Of a stretch of 64,000 bases of DNA, positions 29,702 through 37,146 are shown one piece after another. The first letter of the stretch is position 1. The number at the start of each line of letters is the position of its first letter. Below the pieces are notes generated by a model. That model was given only the letters and a program-made list of their open reading frames with translations, made no database searches and was not told the origin of the DNA. The DNA comes from an uncultured delta proteobacterium (GTDB taxonomy: Bacteria > Myxococcota_A > Polyangia > Polyangiales > Polyangiaceae): positions 352,001 to 416,000 of the forward strand of contig CAWJCS010000003.1 of the NCBI GenBank assembly GCA_963841435.1, given 5' to 3'. Position numbers and translations under genes: made by a program.

Positions 29702-30018
29702 GGCAGGCCGACGTCGCGGACGGGCATGCGGGCACGCTTCTGTTCGATCTCGGTCTCGCGGAACGGCGACGCTTGCATTGCCGCGACGAGCGCGGCGCCG
29801 GTAACGTCCCCCTTGAGACGGCGGAACTCCTCTTCGGCGACGACGACCACGCCATCCTTGCCATGCACGGTCACGTGCTGCGGTCCGTCGCTGCGAGCCA
29901 GCCGCACGACTTCGCTCAGGCGCGCCTTGGCTTCCTGGAAAATCCAGTAGCCGGTCCGGGCCGACGCCCGGCTTGGTTTCTCCCGCTTGCGAGCCGGTGA
30001 TTTCGTAATTCTAGTCAT
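29698..30018 (-). CDS. Phd/YefM-family antitoxin
   Basis: WIFQEAKARLSEVVRLARSDGPQHVTVHGKDGVVVV. Confidence 0.9.
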   Translation of the reverse strand: MTRITKSPARKREKPSRASARTGYWIFQEAKARLSEVVRLARSDGPQHVTVHGKDGVVVVAEEEFRRLKGDVTGAALVAAMQASPFRETEIEQKRARMPVRDVGLP

Positions 30019-30030
30019 CGTGACCAGAAT
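30008..30030. promoter_or_regulatory. Inverted repeat over the antitoxin start codon (candidate TA operator)
   Basis: ATTCTAGTCA-tcg-TGACCAGAAT (9/10 match) within an AT-rich patch. Confidence 0.6.
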
Positions 30031-30139
30031 AGCATATTCGATCATGATTCCGCAAGCTTGGGCATGGGTCTTTGGAAATCATGGGGTTGGAGCGTCCGAC
30101 GGCGAGCCGGGGCGGGTCCTCCAGCAACTGGGTCGGGGT

Positions 30140-30536
30140 TGCGCATTCTCGCGGATCGTATCGCCGTCGACCTCGGTCCAGCGCAGCACGACCGGACTGT
30201 CCATGGTGCGGTCCGAGCCTGCGAGGCCATCGGCGGCGATGAGCTGGGGCCAGATCGAGTGGCGGCCCTGAGACGAAGCATCGATGACGTGCTCGCGGAC
30301 GATGACGGGGCGCGTGGAGTAGTTGCTCGCGCCGCGGAAGGTGACCGAGTAGACGTTGATGAGCGCTGTTTCGGTGGAAGAACACGGCGATGGCCGCTCG
30401 TTCACGTGCGGTTGACATGTCTTCTCAAGTTCTCGCACTACGCGGCCCAGCCGCGCGATCGAAGCCGGACTCGTCGACGACGCGCTCGTCCACGATGACG
30501 GGGCGCATGGAGTAGTCGGCCGCGCTGAAGAGCGTT
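30140..30536 (-). pseudogene. Spacer plus truncated copy of the large-gene 3' region
   Basis: INVYSVTFRGASNYSTRPVIV...DTIRENAQ, then homology is lost at about 30140. Confidence 0.85.
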
Positions 30537-31211
30537 TCACGGTGGGCAGCAGCATTCGCGGCAGCACGGGCCTTGGGGGTTTGGGCAGTCAGGCGGACCC
30601 GGGGGGCCCTGGCAGTAGAATTGGCCGCCCGAGCAGGCCTGGCATCCCGCCTCCATGGCAGCCGTCACATCGCCAGCGTTGCAATTGACCCTGAGCAAAT
30701 CGTCATTGCATCCCACCTGAAGGTCGGTGGCGACACAGCGCAGCGCTCGCCACCCCGAACCACCCGCAGCTCCCGAGCTGGCCCCGCTCTCACCCGCATC
30801 GCCTGCACCCCCACTCGTGTCCCCACCCGCGCCGCTCTGCCCTGCCCGGCCTCCGCTGCCACCGAGCGCGCCTTGACCACCGCTGACTGCGCCGGTGCCA
30901 CCAGCGCCAGAGCCGCCAGGCCCGACGCCACCCATTGCGGCTCCACCCCGTCCGCCCCCGGCGGTCGCACCTCCGGAAGGCGAACCCGCGCCGCCTTCCG
31001 CCGCTCCCGTGCCTCCGCGCGCAGCACTGGACCCTGCCTTCCCGCCCTCGGGCACCGCCCCCGTGCCGCCCTGAGCACCACCGGCGGACCCGCCGGTGCC
31101 GCCCCCTCCCGGCACACCCGCCGACCCGCCGCTCGAGCCACCGTCGGTCGAGCGCCCGCACGCCACACCCAGAACCACCCCCAGAGCGAGCCAGACCCTA
31201 CGGCGTGACAT
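30537..31211 (-). CDS. Cys-rich lipoprotein cassette, variant B' (224 aa)
   Basis: MSRRRVWLALGVVLGVAC; 12-Cys domain ending CPNPQGPCCRECCCPP. Confidence 0.87.
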   Translation of the reverse strand: MSRRRVWLALGVVLGVACGRSTDGGSSGGSAGVPGGGGTGGSAGGAQGGTGAVPEGGKAGSSAARGGTGAAEGGAGSPSGGATAGGGRGGAAMGGVGPGGSGAGGTGAVSGGQGALGGSGGRAGQSGAGGDTSGGAGDAGESGASSGAAGGSGWRALRCVATDLQVGCNDDLLRVNCNAGDVTAAMEAGCQACSGGQFYCQGPPGPPDCPNPQGPCCRECCCPP

Positions 31212-31868
31212 CGAGGAAAGCTCCGCTCGTTGCATGGTAGCCGATCGGCGTCGGAGGGCTCGTCGCCGGATCCGTGCCACCGCCGCTCCAGGGTACGAAG
31301 TAGCGCAGCGCGCCGCTCGCTTCCTTCGTGTAGAACGCGCCGTACTTGTAGTCGCCGTTGAAGCAGGATGGGTTTGGGGCGGTCAGGCAATCGACGCCCG
31401 GGAACGTCGCCGACATCGACCACGCGGCGAGAGTCGAGACGGGTCCCACGAGGCCCGAGTAGATGACCTGCGCATTTTCGCGGATCGTGTCGCCAGCGAC
31501 CTCCGTCCAGCGCAGCACGACCGGACTGTCCATGGTGCGGTCCGAGCCTGCGAGGCCATCGGCGGCGATGAGCTGGGGCCAGATCGAGTGGCGGCCCTGA
31601 GACGAAGCATCGATGACGTGCTCGCGGACGATGACGGGGCGCATGGTGTAGTTGCTCCCGCCGCGGAAGGTGACCGAGTAGACGTTGATGAGCGCTGTTT
31701 CGGTGGAAGAACACGGCGATGGCCGCTCGTTCACGTGCGGTCGACATGTCTTCTCAAGTTCTCGCACTACGCGGCCCAGCCGCGCGATCGAAGCCGGACT
31801 CGTCAACGACGCGCTCGTCCACGATGACGGGGCGCATGGAGTAGTCGGCCGCGCTGAAGAGCGTTTCA
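31198..31868 (-). pseudogene. Spacer plus orphan copy of the last ~160 codons of the large gene (open frame)
   Basis: Homology from about 31690 to the stop at 31198; ends SPPTPIGYHATSGAFLDVTP. Confidence 0.85.
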
Positions 31869-32507
31869 CGGTGGGCAGCAGCATTGGCGGCAGCACGGGC
31901 CTTGGGGGTTTGGGCAGTCAGGCGGACCCGGGGGGGCCTGGCAGTAGAATTGGCCGCCCGAGCAGGCCTGGCATCCCGCCTCCATGGCAGCCGTCACATC
32001 GCCAGCGTTGCAATTGACCCCGAGCAAATCGTCATTGCATCCCACCTGAAGGTCGGTGGCGACACAGCGCAGCGCTCGCCACCCCGAACCACCCGCAGCT
32101 CCCGAGCTGGCCCCGCTCTCACCCGCATCGCCTGCACCCCCACTCGTGTCCCCACCCGCGCCGCTCTGCCCTGCCCGGCCTCCGCTGCCACCGAGCGCGC
32201 CTTGACCACCGCTGACTGCGCCGGCACCACCAGCGCCAGAGCCGCCAGGCCCGACGCCACCCATTGCGGCTCCACCCCGTCCGCCCCCGGCGGTCGCACC
32301 TCCGGAAGGCGAACCCGCACCGCCTTCCGCCGCTCCCGTGCCTCCGCGCGCAGCACTGGACCCTGCCTTCCCTGCCTCGGACCCCGCACCGGTGCCGCCC
32401 CCTCCCGGCACACCCGCCGACCCGCCGCTCGAGCCACCGTCGGTCGAGCGCCCGCACGCCACACCCAGAACCACCCCCAGAGCGAGCCAGACCCTACGGC
32501 GTGACAT
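31866..32507 (-). CDS. Cys-rich lipoprotein cassette, variant B (213 aa)
   Basis: As B' but with an 11-aa shorter linker; ends CCRQCCCPP. Confidence 0.87.
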   Translation of the reverse strand: MSRRRVWLALGVVLGVACGRSTDGGSSGGSAGVPGGGGTGAGSEAGKAGSSAARGGTGAAEGGAGSPSGGATAGGGRGGAAMGGVGPGGSGAGGAGAVSGGQGALGGSGGRAGQSGAGGDTSGGAGDAGESGASSGAAGGSGWRALRCVATDLQVGCNDDLLGVNCNAGDVTAAMEAGCQACSGGQFYCQAPPGPPDCPNPQGPCCRQCCCPP

Positions 32508-33158
32508 CGAGGAAAGCTCCGCTCGTTGCGTGGTAGGCGATGGGCATGTTGGTGGCGGGATCGGTGCCACCGCCGCTCCAGGGTACGAAGTAGCGCAGCG
32601 CGCCGCTCGCTTCCTTCGTGTAGAACGCGCCGTACTTGTAGTCGCCGTTGAAGCAGGATGGGTTTGGCGCGGTCAGGCAATCGACGCCCGGGAACGTCGC
32701 CGACATCGACCATGCGGCGAGGGTCGAGACCGGTCCCACCAGGCCCGAGTAGATGACCTGCGCATTTTCGCGGATCGTGTCGCCAGCGACCTCCGTCCAG
32801 CGCAGCACGACCGGACTGTCCATGGTGCGGTCCGAGCCTGCGAGGCCATCGGCGGCGATGAGCTGGGGCCAGATCGAGTGGCGGCCCTGAGACGAAGCAT
32901 CGACGACGTGCTCGCGGACGATGACGGGGCGCATGGTGTAGTTGCTCCCGCCGCGGAAGGTGACCGAGTAGACGTTGATGAGCGCTGTTTCGGTGGAAGA
33001 ACACGGCGATGGCCGCTCGTTCACGTGCGGTCGACATGTCTTCTCAAGTTCTCGCACTACGCGGCCCAGCCGCGCGATCGAAGCCGGACTCGTCAACGAC
33101 GCGCTCGTCCACGATGACGGGGCGCATGGAGTAGTCGGCCGCGCTGAAGAGCGTTTCA
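32494..33158 (-). pseudogene. Spacer plus orphan copy of the last ~160 codons of the large gene (open frame)
   Basis: Homology from about 32980 to the stop at 32494; ends ATNMPIAYHATSGAFLDVTP. Confidence 0.85.
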
Positions 33159-33797
33159 CGGTGGGCAGCAGCATTCGCGGCAGCACGCAGATCCCAGGAT
33201 GGCGCAGTCAGGAGGGGCTGGTGGCCCCTGGCAGTAGGCTTGAAGGATGGTGCAGCTCTCGCAGCCCGCGCCCACCGCCGCAGGCACGTCGCCGGCGTTA
33301 CAGTTGACACTGAGCAAGCCATCACCGCACCCTAGCTGAACGTCGGTGGCCACGCAGCGCAACGCCCGCCAACCCGACTCTCCCGCAGCACCCGACCCCC
33401 CGCTCTCGCCTCCCTCGCCAGCACCTCCACCGATCCCGGCGCCCGCGCCGCTCTGCCCGGCGCCGCCTCCGCCGACGGCGCTCTGACCGCCTCCGCCGAC
33501 TGCGCCAGCGCCCCCGCGCCCCGCGCCACCCACATCGCTTCCGCCTCGCCCCGCACCCGCGCCGCCCGAGGGCGAGCCCGCGCCCGCTGCTGCCGCGCCG
33601 GTGCCTCCCTGCGCTCCACTAGCCCCTCCCCTTCCTCCCTCGACGCCCGCCGCTGCGCCTCCGCCGACGCTACCACCCATGCCGCCTGCCCCCGGCAGAC
33701 CTGCCGACGCGCCGGCGCCGCCGCCGCCATTGCTCGAGCGCCCGCAGGCCGCGCCGAGCACCAACGACAAGACGAGCCAAACGCTACGGCGTGACAT
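33156..33797 (-). CDS. Cys-rich lipoprotein, variant A (213 aa), coupled to the full-length large gene
   Basis: ATG at 33797 overlaps the large-gene stop by 14 nt; LGAAC lipobox; 12-Cys domain. Confidence 0.88.
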   Translation of the reverse strand: MSRRSVWLVLSLVLGAACGRSSNGGGGAGASAGLPGAGGMGGSVGGGAAAGVEGGRGGASGAQGGTGAAAAGAGSPSGGAGAGRGGSDVGGAGRGGAGAVGGGGQSAVGGGGAGQSGAGAGIGGGAGEGGESGGSGAAGESGWRALRCVATDVQLGCGDGLLSVNCNAGDVPAAVGAGCESCTILQAYCQGPPAPPDCAILGSACCRECCCPP

Positions 33798-36561
33798 CGA
33801 GGAAAGCTCCGCTCGTTGCGTGGTAGGCGATGGGCATGTTGGTGGCGGGATCGGTGCCACCGCCGCTCCAGGGTACGAAGTAGCGCAGCGCGCCGCTCGC
33901 TTCCTTCGTGTAGAACGCGCCGTACTTGTAGTCGCCGTTGAAGCAGGATGGGTTCGGGGCGGTCAGGCAATCGACGCCCGGGAACGTCGCCGACATCGAC
34001 CATGCGGCGAGGGTCGAGACCGGTCCCACCAGGCCCGAGTAGATGACTCGCGCTTTCTCGCTGATCGTGTCACCGGCGACCTCGGTCCAGCGCAAGACGA
34101 CCGGGCTGTCTACGCTTCGATCCGAGCCTGAGAGGCCGTCTGCACCGATGAGCTGGGGCCACATCGAATGGCGGCCCTGAGCCGAAGCGTCGACCACGTG
34201 CTCGCGCACGATGATGGGGCGCGTGGAGTAGTTGCTCGCGCTCCGGAGCGTGACCGAATAGACGTTCACGACCAGCCTAGCGGCGCCTCCGGTCCCGGCG
34301 ATGCCGGTATATGCGACAAACACTCTGGGCGGGGTTCCCGAAACGCCGACGACGGTAGGCCCGTAGTGAATTCCCGCGAAAGGCTGACCATTCTGGGCCT
34401 GCAGAACCTCGGCACAGGCCGCAGATGGATCTGAGTCTAGGTCCCAAGTCTTCCTCCCAAACGGCGTGTAGATCTGCACCTGCGGCCGTAACTGAAAGCA
34501 GCGTGCGGTCACGAGATGCACGAACCTTCCGAAGCTCGGCGGCGTCGTGTTCAGCCGCGCGCGTTCGTCGAGCACGGTGGTCATCACCCTGGGTCCCGAC
34601 GCGTCGTCGTCACCAGTGACGAGCTGGGGTGGGACGATCTGCCACGAGAGGCTGGTCGCGCTCGTGACACCCCCCATGGCCGCGGAGTAGATGACGTTGT
34701 GGGCGAACGGGCTGCCCGCGCCACCCGGGCCAGCGGAAGCATTCGCATTCACGTAGAGCCGGTCGTCGAAGTTGTCCCAAAACATCTCGGGGCGATCGAC
34801 GACGCGCGCGGGTACTCCATCGGCGGTAAGGACGCCGAGCGCGGACGGATCGAACGCACCCGCCGTCCAGCCTACACCGCAGTTGGTGGACAGGCGCACG
34901 CCCACCATCCCAGCGTCGGGTCTGTCGAGCGTGTCGCAGGACCAGGTCCCAGCTGGTGTCGGCGAAAGAGCGGTGCAGGTGCCCGGCTGGTTGTTGACGG
35001 ATCCCGAGCAGGTACCGCTGCAGCAGTCAGCCACACCAGGAAAGCAACTCGCGCCGCCGAGCCCTCCGCAGCTTGCCAGACATTGGCACTGCTGCGTTCC
35101 GTAGATGCACGCCCTCCGATCGTTTGCCTGGGGCGTGCAGGCCGTACCGGCGGCAGGCTGAGTCATCGGGCAAAAGCCGGGCTGCTGGATGCCAGCAGTC
35201 GGGTCCGTGCACCATCGGATGCTGAAGCCGGCGTGCACCGCGCGGCCGCCCGAGATCCGCGTCATGAGGTTGTCCGTCAGCACCGCACTCTGCATGTTGT
35301 GTTCATCGGAATAGTATGGCGTACCGTTCGTGCGGGCGGGCCAGGCCGGTGTGTAGGCCGGGAGCCAGCTTCCGAAACAGCTCGCGGGCTGGGGTGACGC
35401 GTCGGGAAAGGTCTGATTCCCTGGCTCGGGCCGCACGATCGTCGCGCTCTGCGTCGTGCCGATGTCCGCGATTGGCTTGTACATCATGTGGGCGCCCCAG
35501 AAGCTGACGAACGCGGTGGGCGCCGAGCACTGCGCGTTGAGCTGCGGCGTCAGCAGGGCGGAGGCGATCTCCACCGCTTCCGAATCGGTCGAGAAGAGGC
35601 CACGCGGCTGAGTAACGCTCTGGAATGGCCGCACGAGATCCTGCGTTCGCTGCGAGAGCACCGGCGCGTCGATGCGCACCGCCTCGAAGACCGTCACGTT
35701 CTTGCCGAAGAAATGGCCCTGCCCGCCAGCTTTGACCTCGATGTCCGCGTTGGGCGCGAGGAGCAGGTCGCCGTAGAAGGGGTACTCGACTGGCACCGTG
35801 CTCGAACCCAGGTAGCCGAGCACCATGCCGGGCTTGTTCAACGTGGCGCGCAAGATGAGTGAGTCCCGCACGAAAATCCACGGCGGCGTCACGGACGTGA
35901 GCTGCACCGTCGCGCCCGAATTGAGGATCAGCTCCACGAAGCCGTAGTCGGACCCAGTGAGAACCAGCGTTCCCCCAGAGTTCACGGTCCAGCGGCCGTA
36001 GCTGCCTGAGGCGAGCGGAACGGTCTCGCCGCTGTTCACGTTCAGGTTCGTGCCGGAGTCCGGCGCGGACATCGAGACGGTCCAGATTGGCTCCTGTCGG
36101 ATCGTTACGTGCGTTCGGTTCTCTTGCGGCTGAGCGAACACCACGCCAAGCTGTTCGGTCGCGGTACCCTCGGTCTTGTAAAACTCCACGTTCGCGCCCT
36201 GATTGTGGTTGCGCAGGAGCAAATTGGGTCGCGACCACACCACCCCGGCCCGGAGCGCGGCGATGTTGCTCGTCGTGCTGGGCGAACCGAACGCGGCGAC
36301 GTTGCCGAATTGCGACAGCTGCCCCGGCACGAGCGTGTGAATTTCGGAGTTGTCGTTGAGGTTCACGACACCGGTCGCGCCGATGACGATGTCCTGCGGG
36401 CTGAAGCCGACGGGTACCGGCAGCGCAAAGGTCTGCGTCAGCGCTTCGCGCGTGGAAGAGGTTGTCTCACCCCCCCCCACATCGCCGTTCACGCTCCCAC
36501 AACCAAGCGCGAGCCATGACAACCCGCAAAAAATCAAGCCCCCACGATTTCGCCTGTTCAT
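33784..36561 (-). CDS. Large secreted lipoprotein (~925 aa): beta-solenoid-like N-terminal region, Cys-rich insert, probable beta-propeller C-terminal region
   Basis: ATG at 36561 after GGAGGA; LALGC lipobox; TVNSGGTLVL/LILNSGATVQL repeats; Asp-box-like LSTNCGVGW; domain calls tentative. Confidence 0.8.
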   Translation of the reverse strand: MNRRNRGGLIFCGLSWLALGCGSVNGDVGGGETTSSTREALTQTFALPVPVGFSPQDIVIGATGVVNLNDNSEIHTLVPGQLSQFGNVAAFGSPSTTSNIAALRAGVVWSRPNLLLRNHNQGANVEFYKTEGTATEQLGVVFAQPQENRTHVTIRQEPIWTVSMSAPDSGTNLNVNSGETVPLASGSYGRWTVNSGGTLVLTGSDYGFVELILNSGATVQLTSVTPPWIFVRDSLILRATLNKPGMVLGYLGSSTVPVEYPFYGDLLLAPNADIEVKAGGQGHFFGKNVTVFEAVRIDAPVLSQRTQDLVRPFQSVTQPRGLFSTDSEAVEIASALLTPQLNAQCSAPTAFVSFWGAHMMYKPIADIGTTQSATIVRPEPGNQTFPDASPQPASCFGSWLPAYTPAWPARTNGTPYYSDEHNMQSAVLTDNLMTRISGGRAVHAGFSIRWCTDPTAGIQQPGFCPMTQPAAGTACTPQANDRRACIYGTQQCQCLASCGGLGGASCFPGVADCCSGTCSGSVNNQPGTCTALSPTPAGTWSCDTLDRPDAGMVGVRLSTNCGVGWTAGAFDPSALGVLTADGVPARVVDRPEMFWDNFDDRLYVNANASAGPGGAGSPFAHNVIYSAAMGGVTSATSLSWQIVPPQLVTGDDDASGPRVMTTVLDERARLNTTPPSFGRFVHLVTARCFQLRPQVQIYTPFGRKTWDLDSDPSAACAEVLQAQNGQPFAGIHYGPTVVGVSGTPPRVFVAYTGIAGTGGAARLVVNVYSVTLRSASNYSTRPIIVREHVVDASAQGRHSMWPQLIGADGLSGSDRSVDSPVVLRWTEVAGDTISEKARVIYSGLVGPVSTLAAWSMSATFPGVDCLTAPNPSCFNGDYKYGAFYTKEASGALRYFVPWSGGGTDPATNMPIAYHATSGAFLDVTP

Positions 36562-36822
36562 CGCTCGTCCTCCAGCGGCCGAAGCGGACCACCCGCACAC
36601 AGGACTAGGAGCATAAGCCCACTGCGTGCGGGACGTCAACGCGCCGTGCCATGAGCGGCGCGGACCTCCGGCCCCGAGCCCTTGGGTGCGAGCAGGACAA
36701 TACCCGAGAAGCGCGGAAGGGGTCGGCGGGAAGCTCGTGATTTCGCGATGTCGCGCGCGATGACGGCGGTGCGACCGCGGTCGGTAGTGGCCGCGCCCAC
36801 GAGCTCGCCCGCTTGGTGCGCT

Positions 36823-37002
36823 TCACATGGGCTGCTCCGCGTAGGGCGTCCGATCGGGGTCCGCCGAGGAAACGACGAGCAGCGCCCGCGCCCATTGCGA
36901 AACGACGAGGACGCTGAGGACGAGGTACAGCGCGGCGAGGTACGGCGTGAGCCCGTGCTCGAGCTTGCTGGGCGAGCGGCTGTGGGCGAGCGAGGCTTCC
37001 AT
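36823..37002 (-). CDS. Small hypothetical single-TM protein
   Basis: 59 aa with YLAALYLVLSVLVVSQW hydrophobic segment. Confidence 0.35.
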   Translation of the reverse strand: MEASLAHSRSPSKLEHGLTPYLAALYLVLSVLVVSQWARALLVVSSADPDRTPYAEQPM

Positions 37003-37146
37003 GCCCAGGCCTAGAGCAGCCGCCGTGCCAAAGGCGGTCCGGCGAGCCAAACGGCATTTTTCGCTGCGCTTCGCCGTCACGCCGGACGCGCGGTGTCCGA
37101 CTCCGGACAAACGTCCGTCAGGCAAGCACTGGCAAGGGCGTCACCG

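Larger units (their letters stand above)
30140..34270 (-). repeat. About 1.3-kb tandem modules (large-gene 3' copy + lipoprotein gene)
   Basis: Lipoprotein stops at 30537, 31866 and 33156; LDVTP stops at 31198, 32494 and 33784. Confidence 0.95.

Noticed and set aside
30011-33037. Repeated ORFs starting MSTARERAAIAVFF
   Set aside because: Alternative-frame shadows of the duplicated modules, Arg-rich and of variable length
27080-33797. Cys-rich ORFs as RiPP precursors
   Set aside because: They carry lipoprotein signals and long Gly linkers, and no modifying enzymes or peptidase transporter are nearby
26973-34270. CRISPR array, integron or DGR as the explanation for the repeats
   Set aside because: Repeats are gene-sized and coding; there are no short repeat-spacer units, attC-like sites, integrase or reverse transcriptase, and differences are not adenine-specific
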